A program made the position numbers and the translations under genes. DNA of 63,327 nucleotides, counting the filler, from Octopus bimaculoides (Eukaryota), in the NCBI RefSeq assembly GCF_001194135.2. It is 4 parts of 4 records of this genome, joined end to end, with 100 filler letters (N's around TTAATTAATTAA, not from the genome) between each part and the next. Parts side by side here need not be neighbours in the genome. Positions count along the whole stretch, not along the records: positions 20,632 to 46,560 come from NC_068991.1; positions 46,661 to 55,554 come from NC_068996.1; 2 more parts are not named here. One strand, 5' to 3'. Under the pieces are notes generated by a model. That model was not told the DNA's origin and searched no databases. It saw nothing but the letters and a program-made list of their open reading frames with translations. Positions 39,630-51,510 of the stretch are shown piece by piece. Each line of letters begins with the position of its first letter. Within the stretch, counting starts at the first letter, position 1.

Positions 39630-40075
39630 TATTCAGGTAGTGGACCTGCAAAATCGTTTCGGCGCCGAACAAAAGTACTTAGCAGCATTTCTTCCGGCTA
39701 TTCACGTTCTGAATTCAAATACCGGTGAGGTTGACTCTGCTTTTTATCCTTCCACAGTCGATAAAACAAATACCAGTTGAATCCTAGGGTCGATTTATTC
39801 GACTTAGCCCCTCCCCTCAAAACCTTCCTTGTGCCAAAATTTGAAATTAATATTACTGTAAATGTTAAGGTGATGAGCTGGCAGAATCATTGTGGCAGCG
39901 GAAAAACTACTTAGCAGCATTTCTTCCGGCTCTTTACGTTTTGAATTCAAATACCAGCGAGGTCAACTTCGACTTTCGTACTTTTGGGATTGATAAAATA
40001 AAGTGCCTGTCAAGTACTGGAGCCGTTGTAATCGGTTAGCTCCTCCTCAATTGCTGGTCTTATGCCAAAACTTCT
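39630..40075 (+). mobile_element. Two tandem copies of SINE family A
   Basis: Same head/core/tail motifs at 39630-39850 and 39867-40075. Confidence 0.85.
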
Positions 40076-40144
40076 AACATTTTAAAGTATTTTCTTGTCT
40101 AAAGATGAAATAAATAGTCCCCAAAATTCTCAACAATAGCTCAC

Positions 40145-40292
40145 CTCAGATATTTAATCTGATTCCAGCAGAGAAATACAACATGGGCAGGAAGGAAATT
40201 ATAAGGGGAAAGATTAAGTAAATAAAGGCTTATGAGAATGATCCGAGGATAGAAAAGTATGGCAAGCACAATTGTTCTCAGCAAGATTTGAA
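40145..40292 (-). CDS. Candidate 148-bp exon (phase 1-2), hydrophobic
   Basis: Very strong acceptor gtttgtttgttttttttccctccaag|TT and donor TGAG|gtgagc; one open frame QILLRTIVLAILFYPRIILISLYLLNLSPYNFLPAHVVFLCWNQIKYL; no recognised homology. Confidence 0.35.
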
Positions 40293-40479
40293 CTTGGAGG
40301 GAAAAAAAACAAACAAACAGAATAACACAAAGCATTCTATTCGACGCTCTTACGTGATGTGATGTGATGTGGTGTTGTGTGGTATGGTGCTGTATGGTGT
40401 AGTAATGTATGGTGTGGTGTGATGGGGTTGGGATGTGGGGGAGGCGTGTGATGGCGTTGGGATATGGCACAAAGTAGCG

Positions 40480-40705
40480 AAGAGTAGATTAATCCTTGTT
40501 CACGGCGCAAACGGGAGTCCGGATGGCCCCTGTGCAAGGACAATCCGAACACGGACAGGTGTTGCAAAGAGTGACCGGTAGAGCAAAAATGGCGCGAGAC
40601 CGGGGTGTCATTGCCGAGTCTGATGTCTCGGAGGTGTTCCGCGAACCGGTCAGCCAAGCGGCGTCCCGTTTGCTCGATGTATAGAGAAGGGCAGAGAGAG
40701 CAGGA
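40480..40705 (-). mobile_element. Penelope-like GIY-YIG endonuclease fragment
   Basis: ISCSLCPSLYIEQTGRRLADRFAEHLRDIRLGNDTPVSRHF...RLRREQ. Confidence 0.85.
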
Positions 40706-40714
40706 GATGCAACT

Positions 40715-41115
40715 CATTTATAATTAAGCGATAACGGTTTATTCAACGAAGCTGCCCTTAGTTTCCACTACAGCCACAAGACATGCTTTCCTAATTGTGT
40801 CTGTGGGATGATTTTTGAATACCTCCTTGATCTTGGTTACCAGCCCGGCCTTTGTGTTGCAGGCAAAGCGGTAGGTGACTTCCTTAACTGCGCCCCACAC
40901 ATAGTAATCCATGGGATTATTTATAATCAGGAGAATTAGTAGGCCGGAAATTCGGGCTAGTGAAGTCGTACAAATATTTTAACAACCACTTCTGACTTTT
41001 TCCAGTGGTAAGGCAAGGAGAGAAATCCTACTGCCACACAAATGGCCTTCCAGCAGCAACCCTCTCCAGGCAGGGTTTGACCACGGTTTCCAGCAGCTTC
41101 ACATAGCCGTCTAAA
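40715..41115 (-). mobile_element. maT/DD37D-like Tc1-mariner transposase C-terminal fragment
   Basis: YVKLLETVVKP..., NPMDYYVWGAV, CNTKAGLVTKIKEVF remnants. Confidence 0.65.
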
Positions 41116-41290
41116 CTGAAACTAAGACTCTGTTCAAAAGTGTAGGGATGAACCCAGGCGTGTGATCGCAGTGAGTACACCTGCTGTGTCCCTTCCTGCT
41201 GACCATAGCTTCGTAGTCTTTGTCGTAGCTGTCCATGTCACATCTTACAGCCTTTACAGAACATTGATCAGCTGTCATTATGTCGACATT
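41115..41290 (-). mobile_element. Possible 3-prime end of an L1/Tx1-like LINE
   Basis: GC-richer segment ending cacgcctgggttcatccctacacttttgaacagagtcttagttt; recognition is from memory only. Confidence 0.3.
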
Positions 41291-41629
41291 TCGATACCCG
41301 GCGCAAATTATCATGATACAGGTAGCTCTTTTCCAATATTCAAGATGACTTCCAACTTCCCATGCCGGCTAAAGTTTTCTCAATTGCAGCTTTAATCTTT
41401 ATGCTTTCCAACGCCATTAACTGTTCACCAATACACTACGGTATTCTAGAAAAAAAGGAGATGAGCAAAATTGTTAAATTTAGGCTGAACACCCAGTAGA
41501 TACTCTGAAATACAATGCAGAAATAGGCATCAGGATTAATTATTGCTAAATATAATTATTATTGTAGGACTGTAGAAAACAACATTCATACATTTTCCTA
41601 AAAACAATGTCCTGCATAAAAATCTAAAG

Positions 41630-41819
41630 AAGTTTAATTCCCATCCACATAGTTTCGGGTATAGTCTATTATAACCCCAGGATTATGTGAATGAATTTGG
41701 CAGACTAAAACTGAAAGTAGCCCGTCGTGTGTATGTATGTATGTATTTATACCTATATTTATCTATCTATCTATCTATACATACATACATACATACATAC
41801 ATACATACATACATACATT

Positions 41820-41851
<32 letters not shown>

Positions 41852-42480
41852 NNNNNNNNNNNNNNNNNNNNNNNNNNNNNNNNNNNNNNNNNNNNNNNNN
41901 NNNNNNNNNNNNNNNNNNNNNNNNNNNNNNNNNNNNNNNNNNNNNNNNNNNNNNNNNNNNNNNNNNNNNNNNNNNNNNNNNNNNNNNNNNNNNNNNNNNN
42001 NNNNNNNNNNNNNNNNNNNNNNNNNNNNNNNNNNNNNNNNNNNNNNNNNNNNNNNNNNNNNNNNNNNNNNNTATATATGGGGAGGTATATATATTTCGTT
42101 TTTATATTTGGTTTGCATAATTTTGACAAACGCAAACAAAAACAAAACAAATGACTTACTGTCTAGCTAAATGAAACAAACAACCGATTAGTTAGTTGGA
42201 TATTTAACCAATTGACTAATAATAAAAGGGTGGAATTGAACCAGTGCGTGTGTTATTAATATTGGCTAATGACTCTCCCTAGACACAATAATGTGTGTGT
42301 GTGTGTGTCTCTCTTTTTGTTTGTGCTTTTCCCACCATTCTCTGACAACCGGTTTGGTTTAATGTCAGACTTTAAAAAATAAGTACTAAAGTCGATTTGA
42401 TCGACTAAAATCCTTCAAGGTGGTGCCCCAGCATGGCCGCAGTCCACTGACTGAAACGAATAAAAGATAAACGATAAAAA
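41630..42480 (+). mobile_element. SINE family B copy with about 580-bp expanded interior (includes N gap)
   Basis: ctgaaagtagcccgtcg at 41711, microsatellites and gap, then gacaaccgg...ccagcatggccgcagtc tail. Confidence 0.7.
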
Positions 42481-42482
42481 AT

Positions 42483-42871
42483 TTACGCTATAAACGACAG
42501 AGTAAATCCAATCAATCCATCCTCTACATTAAATCTAGAAACCGTTTCTGATTCGCCTTTAGTAAATTCAAAAAGTGCTTGATGATATCTTTTCAGACTG
42601 TATTTGATATTTGATACTGTTGATATATGTTTACAGAATAGCTTATGATATGATTCCTCATTGTTAGTATATATGCGATTAAGAAACGATACTAACATAG
42701 TTCGAGTAAGTGTGCAGGTAGTACTAATATCAACAGAGGAATCTTCCTGGAGAATAACTTTTCCTCTTTTGTATTTTATGATTTGCTTGATAGCATAAGA
42801 ATTTTATTTTGAGGAGGTAAGAGGTAGTTGATGAGTTGAAATTGTTCATCTTCATGATCAAAGAGTTTGCT
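42483..42871 (-). pseudogene. Exon-like ORF with a 1-bp frameshift, family unidentified
   Basis: Strong acceptor ccccctcttctactctttacgcag|AGC; SKLFDHEDEQFQLINYLLPPQNK then, after adding one A in an A-run near 42805, 106 open codons NSYAIKQ...NVEDGLIGFTLSFIA*. Confidence 0.45.
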
Positions 42872-43984
42872 CTGCGTAAAGAGTAGAAGAGGGGGTTTGG
42901 TGGGGGGAAAAAAGCACATCGAGATGGAATTTAGGATTAAAATGAAATGAAATGAAAAGTGGGAGGGAAAAGGGAGAAAGGTATGGGGTAAAATTAGGGA
43001 GCAAGGAAGTCATAAAACAGGTGGACATGAAGGGTTATAAACGCTCAGGTATGATCGAGTCTGATAAGAAAAAAGAAAACTAGTATGAAGGAACGATTTA
43101 AAAAGAAATAATTTATGAGGACAAAATTAGGGTTTAAAAATAAAATACTGGTCATAAACATATATGTGTCATGCGAGGAAGGGCATTAAAAGGGATATAA
43201 GAAAGATCTGGGTCATGAAATTTATCCCCGGTCAGCCATGATAGAGTATTCCAGCTATGACAATTCTGTATCATACACGACGTTATTCAATGATGTCTAA
43301 GGTAATATCACAATGGTATATGATTTAAGGAATCAATCTGGTTTCTATTTCTAAAAGAAACAATGACTACATAAAGGCTTACCTCCAGTGTTGGCTCAAA
43401 TAAGAGCATGTTAGCACGCATAAGAAAACTGAGAAATCAGTGTCGTTGTAAAGAGAACTAGGCACCAGGAGACCAGATATAGGTGCGTAAATTTTGAAAA
43501 TCGATAACGTTAATACTAGGTGCTTGGTTCAATCTTATCGCATGGCATTTTGGGTTAGCCACATCTACCATGACATCGAGTTAATTTGAGAATAGATCTT
43601 GGTAAGTGGAAACTGTACGGAAGCATGGTGTGTTTGTTTGTGTACATGAGTATCTATATGAGTGTATAAGGGTAACTTAGCAGAGTTTATTGGGAAACAC
43701 AGGCAAACAAATACAGTTTTAGTAGAAACATCAGAACACTTTCAAGTTGGATCCACTTAGATGATGCTCAATTTCTGAGGCCGCACCAAACATTGACTTT
43801 TGGGCTGCTTCTGTCCAGGCTTCTATTTTTTTTTTCTTTTTTGTGGGTTTTCAGAAACCTAGATGCAGATGAAATGTTGCTTCATCACTGAAACAAATAT
43901 TTTAAAGGAAGCGTTGATCTTCATTTAATCGAGTTAACATGTCTACCGCAAATTATTTCCAGTGGGGTTTGTCATCTGGCTGAA

Positions 43985-44108
43985 GTACTTCCAAAAGTTG
44001 CAGTTTATAACATGTACAACTTTATAACATGCAAAGATTGAGGGACCCAAATTTTGATAGATATAATAAATTGTGGACGTTGTAAAGATAATTTATGGAC
44101 ACCCTGTA
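43985..44108. mobile_element. Terminal fragment of a Tc1-like element
   Basis: Ends ttatggacaccctgta (reverse complement TACAGGGTGTCC, typical Tc1-like terminus). Confidence 0.5.
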
Positions 44109-44114
44109 TATAAA

Positions 44115-44693
44115 TAGGGATTTTTTCGGTTGCCGTCATTGATTTGCAAATTTTAAAATTAAGTGAAAATTTTCAAATTTGATTTATTAATGCAATTTTA
44201 CGCGCTGAATCCGAATTTGCGCTTATTCCAGAAAATAAAATTTAGAAAAATATTACAGAGGTTCAGAGTTTGGTCATTTTTAACCAATAAGAAACAGAAA
44301 TCGGAAACCGGCATTTTCTGCGTCTGTCTCAAAATGATTCCCGTCGAAAATTGTGGTGGTGTTGGTAGTGGTGGTTACGGTCGTGCATGGACACCTCCTT
44401 GTTACAATGAAAGCAAAACAGAGTACAGCTTTGCTCGTTACTATGGAAACAGACACCAAAGTGAGATGTACTGTCATGAATACTATGGTGGCTTTCAATT
44501 GGTTAAATTATTCTAAATATGCAAACTTTAAAAGCTATTAACTTATTTATTCATTAATTTATGGCAAAAATATTTTTCATTTTCAAAATTAGCATTCAAA
44601 ATCAAATCTGTATAACCAAATTTGAAAACAATTGGAATAAAATTGAAAAAAAAAAAAATACAAAATCTGTGACAGCAACTGAAAAGTTCCGTA
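44115..44693. mobile_element. Non-autonomous DNA transposon (MITE-like) with about 30-bp imperfect TIRs and TA flanks
   Basis: Left TA-GGGATTTTTTCGGTTGCCGTCATTGATTT vs right reverse complement TA-CGGAACTTTTCAGTTGCTGTCACAGATTT. Confidence 0.7.
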
Positions 44694-45042
44694 ACAGGAA
44701 CAGTGGCCTTCACAAACAGAGATATCGATGAACAAAATAAATTTAAAGTCCTTGAAGACTCGAGAACTTTCTGAGCAAAAACTTATTGGAACAGAAATCT
44801 TTAACGAAAAGCGCTATGAACAGACGCTTTATGAATGCAGGCATTGTGAATAAAGACTTTTATGAATATAGAGATTGATGAATAATGAACTTCATGAATG
44901 TAGAGATTGATTAAAGATATTTATGATCAGAAGTGTTCATTAACATAGAGATCGATGAATAAAAACTTTCACGAATAAGGACATCGATTAACAAAAAATT
45001 CAAAAATATCGAAATTTATCTATCCATCTATCTATTTATCTA

Positions 45043-45082
<40 letters not shown>

Positions 45083-46517
45083 TGTGTGTGTGTGTATACT
45101 TATATACATTTCTGTATATATTTGTGTGTGCATATGTATTTATATATACATTTACACACACATATATTTACGATTTATAAACACATACACACACACACAC
45201 ACAAATNNNNNNNNNNNNNNNNNNNNNNNNNNNNNNNNNNNNNNNNNNNNNNNNNNNNNNNNNNNNNNNNNNNNNNNNNNNNNNNNNNNNNNNNNNNNNN
45301 NNNNNNNNNNNNNNNNNNTATATATATATATATGCACACACATATGGTATATGTATTTGTGTAAGTGCATGTATACACACACACGCGCGCGTAGACAAAT
45401 GCTAACTAATATAGACTGACAGACTTTTTTTAGCCTTTGGCATATTATCGAAGTACGTTAACTAGCCTCTAACGATGTCGTTTCGGACGCTGTTAAGGTA
45501 CCCTACACACGTTCACCTTGTCACCTGTCTGCTTGTCACTACATACTATCACTTATGTCTCTTTCCCTTCACTTAGTGGTGGATGACTGACTTAATGTTA
45601 AACATGGGAAGATCAAAAGCGAAAGATCAAAGGTAATAAATCCTACCCGATCTTGTCTACCCCATTCTTCCGCCCACCCAATCCTGATTTTTTTAATGGC
45701 TCTTCTAGCTTTTTTTGTCGTTTTTTTCTCTTTTTTTTTTTGTATTTTTGTTCATTTTGAGTTATTATTATTATTACTATCAGCAGTGTTAGTATTGAGG
45801 ATTTTAAAAACTTTTATTCATCCTCTTTCTTGCTTACCGTATTTTTTTTTATTATTATTTGCCTTTGACATTGTTTATAGTATTTATATTAGTTTTGTAT
45901 GTATTTTAGATTATTTATTTATATTTTTATTTATTTATTGGTGGAATGTGGAAATTAGTAAGCAAAAAAGAAAAAAACATCTCTCCTTTCTTCCTGGTTT
46001 ACTCACTAAGGGCTATAAATTAAACAGATTTGAATCAGGTATGAGACCGAACTCACACCGACTGTTATTGAGCTAAATGAACTTGAAGCAAAACGGCACA
46101 ACAATCAACAAAAACAAAAGTAAAAACAACGACAACAATAACAAATATACAGGGCTAAAAGGCAGAAGCCAAATTGTGGACAGTGTCCCTTTCAATGATA
46201 GACACCTAATTTTCATGCTACAGTTAGGTTGACATCGTTATTATTTTTAGCTTAGTCGAAACCCATTTGTTAAATGTTTCTCTCCTTTCTTTTTGTTATC
46301 TCCACCTTTCCGACATTTTTATAACACAGAGAACGAGAAACGAATACATAAAAATATAAATTCCGCAAAAAATATTATTAAAAAAAAACATATATTTCTA
46401 TTGACAGAAGATTCTCCATTATCCCACACTGATCTATCCGGTACTTGCCTCAGATACTTTCCAGAGGGAATCCGGGTGCGTTGGAATGATGAATAGTGAT
46501 AGTTTGTGTATGTGTGT

Positions 46518-46560
<43 letters not shown>

Positions 46561-46660
46561 NNNNNNNNNNNNNNNNNNNNNNNNNNNNNNNNNNNNNNNN
46601 NNNNTTAATTAATTAANNNNNNNNNNNNNNNNNNNNNNNNNNNNNNNNNNNNNNNNNNNN
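46561..46660. other. Artificial assembly join
   Basis: 44 N + TTAATTAATTAA + 44 N. Confidence 0.97.
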
Positions 46661-48930
46661 GCAATACACCTAGATTGTAGGGTATTTCTAAAATTTTCAG
46701 ATGCTTTTTTTCAGATTGTGTGGTATTGAACCCAATGCTCCGATGACAATAGAATAACCTTTATGTTTGACTCTCGTTAGCTGACCACAGCCAGCAGACT
46801 AAGGTGACACTTCTTTACTGGTCATGCTTCAAGAACCCTGCGAAGAATTCTTGCAGTTCCAAGCAATGCTGACTTTTGTGGATGTTCTACCTTCACACTT
46901 GCACAGATCTTTTGTTAGCCATGTTGGTAGTTGAGTGCTGATACTTCCAAGTGCACCATTTACTATTGGTATCACGTCTACTCTCTTCATCTTCATTGAA
47001 TACCAACTTCGTATTTCCCACTTTAAATCGTCAGAGTTGTTTATTTTTTCTTCTTTCATATTGATCGTGTTGTCATGCTATACTCTTTACTCTTTTACTC
47101 TTTTACTTGTTTCAGTCATTTGACTGCCGCCATGCTGGAGCACCGCCTTTAGCCGAGAAAATCGACCCCGGGACTTATTCTTTGTAAGCTTAGTACTTAT
47201 TCTATCAGTCTCTTTTGCCGAATCGCTAAGTTACGGGGACGTAAACACACCAGCATCGGTTGTCAAGCGATGTTGCGGGGACAAATACAGACACNNNNNN
47301 NNNNNNNNNNNNNNNNNNNNNNNNNNNNNNNNNNNNNNNNNNNNNNNNNNNNNNNNNNNNNNNNNNNNNNNNNNNNNNNNNNNNNNATATATATATATAT
47401 ATATACATATATACGACGGGCTTCTTTCAGTTTCCGTCTACCAAATCCACCCACAAGGCTTTGATCGGCCCGAGGCTATAGTAGAAGACACTTGCTCAAG
47501 GTGCCACGCAGTGGGACTGAACCCGGAACTATGTGGTTTGTAATCAAGCAGCTTACCACACAGCCACTCCTACGCCTGCTATGTCGATTATCATTTAAGT
47601 TCTTTCTTTTTTATTCACCACAACAAAGTCCGATTCCCGATGTTTGGTCGGGTGATTGTACTGGGTCATTGCATACCACAGCATTTTGCAATTCTCATTT
47701 TCAGTGACTCCTTCTGGAGTTTTCTCATTCTACGTCTTTGTTCTTTGTAGATTTCCACAGAGCTCTCAATGGGTCATTCTTGTGACAATGTCATGGCGTC
47801 TTTTGTATTCGCGTTGTGCCAATTTCGGACATTCACTAATGCTATGTCATACCGTTTCACCCCTCTAGCCACACATTCTGCATTTGTCGCTATCGGTATT
47901 GTTGTCTATTCTGCACTTCATATAATTGGTCCTTAATTCTTGTTCCTGAGCTGCGCATATGAGTGCTTCTGCCTCTATCTTCAGTTCACACCTCCTCATT
48001 CATAACTGCCGGTCCTTTGTATCTGTCTTCGTGTTCACATCTCTTGCAAACTAATATTACATTTTTTTCTTTCCATGGTTTTTCTGTTTTTGTTCAATTC
48101 TTGTTTGATTTTTTTCTTTCGTTACACAGTTTTTAGTTTTGTTGACGCCGGCCTTCTTCGTGTTTCAACAATGGCTCCACGGCATTTTTTATATACCACC
48201 CTAATCTATTTTCCTCTACTTCAATACAGTCCTAGCAACTGATTAAACCTTCCCCACCCTTCCTTCCGGAAAAGCACAGCCTTTCGGTGTCACTCTTAGG
48301 GTAGAAGGCTCCGTCTGCAGTCAAAATTTTTCTGGTCTTGGTATTCATTTTCTTCATTTCTCTCTTTCGCCATTTTATAATTCCCGCTCCATACCGAAGT
48401 GATGGTATCTCCCACGTATTAACTGCTTGGATTTTATTCCATCCAGTCAATATTGAGCGCAACACCAACCTCAGTCTTCGGAAATACTCCATCCTCAGTT
48501 GCTCTTTCATTTCCTTCTCCAATATCTTGTTGTACTCTAGTTTCCGTTTCAATTTGTTTAATCAAATCTCTATTCGGTAATTCTATCCTCGCTGGGGACT
48601 GTTCTTTCCCTCTTCTTAGGTACATTATTCTGCACTTCTTGATTCCAAATTCCATTCTAATATCAGTGCTAAAACAGTGGACCGTGTTCACCAAGGAATT
48701 CACTTGTGTCTCATCTTTGCCATACAGTTTTAAATCATCCATGAAATGATTGATTGTTTGGGCTTTTTCCTTTAGTTGGTACCCCAGGTTCATTTTCCAA
48801 AGTACTAAGGTCATAGGTATCATACAGAGAACAAAAAGTAATAGAGATTGGCTATCACCCTCGAAAATACCCCTTCTGATATCCAGGGTGCCCAGGCTTT
48901 TCCGTAATATGCCAGTTCAGTTTCCATCCC
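46661..48930 (-). mobile_element. R4/Dong-like LINE, RT to REL endonuclease, interrupted by a SINE at about 47083-47572
   Basis: GIFEGDS..LLF, INHFMDDLKLYGK, MEFGIKKC, NKIQAVNTW, KSDTERL...RKGGEGLI; after the SINE LKWEIRSWY...PIVNGALG. Confidence 0.9.
47083..47572 (-). mobile_element. SINE family B copy nested in an R4-like LINE
   Basis: Full head and tail with N gap at the internal microsatellite. Confidence 0.9.
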
Positions 48931-48964
48931 TATTATTATTATCATTATTATTATTACTATTGTT

Positions 48965-49919
48965 CAGTAGTTTTATTTTTATAACGTGCTTTCACTTCAC
49001 TACCGAGCGCAGCTCTGTGCGCCTTGAGTATGTGCTGTGGTTTACTGTGGTGCTCTTATGGTTACTGTATTGAAAGTGTTTTGCGTAAAATGTGTGCAGT
49101 GCCCAGTAGTGCAATTTTCTGTATGTTATATATATTTGTAAGTCCTGGTGTTTTTGTTATGTATTTGTCTGAGTATTTTTTTTATTATACCGAAGGCACC
49201 TACTATAATAGGAATTGTTTCTGTTTTTAGATTCCACATTCGAGTTACCTCTATTTCCAGGTCTTTGTATTTTGAAAGTTTTTCCATTTCTTTTAGAGAA
49301 ACGTTGTCATCTGCTGGTATTGATACATCAATTAGAAAGCATTTTTTTTCTTCATGATCTTTGACAACTATATCTGGTCTATTTGCCTTAATTTCTCTGT
49401 GTGTATTGGCATATCCCAGAGTATGGTTGCCTTCTCGTTTTCTGTGACCTTGCCATCGTTTTATCATACATAGTATTATGTAGTTCGAGTTTTAGAATAT
49501 ATTTTAGTTGCTTTACAGTTTTTATTGTTTCTTCTTTTTCTTTATAGCTGTCAAGTATTATGACTTCTTGTATTATTTGGCTTCCTTGATGACAGAAACA
49601 GTTTTTTGTTTTGCTCGTGTTTTATGGCTATTTGTGTCAGTTTTCTTTGGTTCTGAGTTAGACATTTCTGTAGTCTAATGGTGGATATTTTATAGTAGTT
49701 TTCTAATTGTGTAAGGCCTCTATCACCTTCAATTCGTTGGATACATAACCTTTGTATGCTAGATTTTAGGTAGTGTATTCTAAATTTCGTCAGTATTTTT
49801 CTGATTTTCCTGTCTAGTTTTACTAGTTCACTTAGTGTCCCCTTAATAGAATTACAACTATAACTTATAACAGAGACAACTAGCGTATTAATGCCAATTA
49901 TCTTATATTCACATTGAGT

Positions 49920-49920
<1 letters not shown>
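48965..49920 (-). mobile_element. 3-prime fragments of a further REL LINE family
   Basis: KLDRKIRKILTKFRIHY.KSSIQRL.I.R.EG.RGL; HREIKANRPDIVVKD..CFLIDVSIP.DDNVSLKEMEKLSKYKDLEIE; (AAT)n tail. Confidence 0.88.
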
Positions 49921-49951
<31 letters not shown>

Positions 49952-50606
49952 GCACGTGTGCGTGTGTAGCAGCTACGTTTATGAGAAAGCTATGTTGGGG
50001 GCATTCTTATGAAACAAAGAGTTATTAAACAATCAAGATATCAATTAGGGCTTTCATCGATGGCAATTTGTAAGCTATTTCGTGGAGATATCTGTATTAA
50101 TTAAATGTGAAGATTAATTCAAGTTGATGTCATACATACAATGCAATTGAGTGGATCGATTTTGTTCCATTTGCATAATGTGTTGGTATGACTGAACGTT
50201 TGTTCATATCACGTGATCGGGCGCGTTGTAATCTTATTGATTAGCAGGTTTATTATTATTGCGGGTCATAAAATAAAATAATTTAAAATTCAATTTGATT
50301 AAAAGAACATTCTCGTTCTCTACTTCTTTTTTTCTTCTTTTCCTTCTCTCTGCATCTCATTCTCTCAAATAGTCTCTCTCTTCCCTTCTCTCACACCTTG
50401 TAAAATGGACAAAATTATGCATATATTGTGAAATGGAATGCTCCAAGGAGTAAGAATGAAACAAAACACTGGGGAGAAATTATAAACAACATGCGAAAGA
50501 GGGATTATAAGTAAAATTAAAATTAAAACATTATTCCGAACCTAAAGGAGAATACTGTCGAAGTGTAAGTTTATTTCAGCACCAAAAGTTTCACAAAATT
50601 GCTTAC

Positions 50607-50938
50607 TCTCATATTCCGCCGCGTTCGAACACAACTTGAGAAATTAAACGAAGTTATGAATTGTCTTAAGTCAACGTAGCCAGAAACCCATAGACAGGCC
50701 TGGATTTTCTCAGTATAGTTGTCAGAGAGATTGACGCAACGACGAAGAGTAGTAGAGGGAGTAGCTTGCCCTGCAAATTTCTCTGTGAGAATTGTAAATT
50801 TTTCTTGGTTTCTAGTACTACAAATGGAGTTATTACCGATTCGGATAGCAGTAATAATAATAATAAATACCTCGAGAACAAAAACGGCTGAGAACTTCTT
50901 CCTGGGAGTAAATGTACCCCAGGAGAGGTGGCAACACA
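50607..50938 (-). CDS. Candidate coding exon: basic patch + hydrophobic helix followed by a Cys-rich segment
   Basis: Acceptor tttttattcatacatcatttctag|TG, donor GAGA|gtaagc; about 110 open codons including KKFSAVFVLEVFIIIITAIRIGNNS and RRCVNLSDNYTEKIQACLWVSGYVDLRQFITSFNFSSC; a second frame is also long, so the frame is not certain. Confidence 0.5.
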
Positions 50939-51045
50939 CTAGAAATGATGTATGAATAAAAACACTGGTGATTGTAACACATCACCACAATCCTCTTTAT
51001 GAGTGTAATGCCAAATAAAAATCATCATTATCATCATCATTTTTA

Positions 51046-51255
51046 AGGCGGTGATCTAGCAGAATCGTTAACACGCCGGGCAAAACGCTTAGCGGTATTT
51101 CGTTCTGAGTTCAAATACCGCCGAGGTTGACATTGCCTCCCGTCCTTCGCGGTCGATAATTAAATACTGGTGAAACGCTGGAGCCGATGTAATCGACTAG
51201 TCTCCCACCCACAAATTTCAGGCCTTGTGCCTTTAGTAGAAAGATTATTATTATT
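51046..51255 (+). mobile_element. SINE family A copy
   Basis: aaggcggtgatctagcagaatcgtt ... gtagaaagattattatt. Confidence 0.88.
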
Positions 51256-51257
51256 AT

Positions 51258-51510
51258 TGTCTTTGCACAGCTTCTAATGCTGGAGATGTACTACAGTGTC
51301 AGCTGTTCACTACCAGTGAACTAAGGTATGTAACACCCCTTATTTTTCGAGCACCATCCGGAGTATTCGAGCGGTTCCAAGCAGTGCTGTTTTCTGCAAG
51401 TGCTCCACCCTTATTGCAGCCCCTATTTGTTCCAGGTACTTCTCAAGATTTTTACTCCCTGTTCCCAGGGCTCCGATAATTATTGGTACTACTACTACTA
51501 CCATTTTTAT
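51258..51510 (-). mobile_element. Short 3-prime end of a REL LINE
   Basis: PIIIGALG...LEKYLEQIG..IRVEHLQKTALLGTARIL remnant, (AAT)n tail. Confidence 0.7.

Noticed and set aside
45577-45632. + strand 56-bp exon-like segment, open in one frame
   Set aside because: Isolated, unrecognisable peptide; expected by chance in 63 kb of AT-rich DNA
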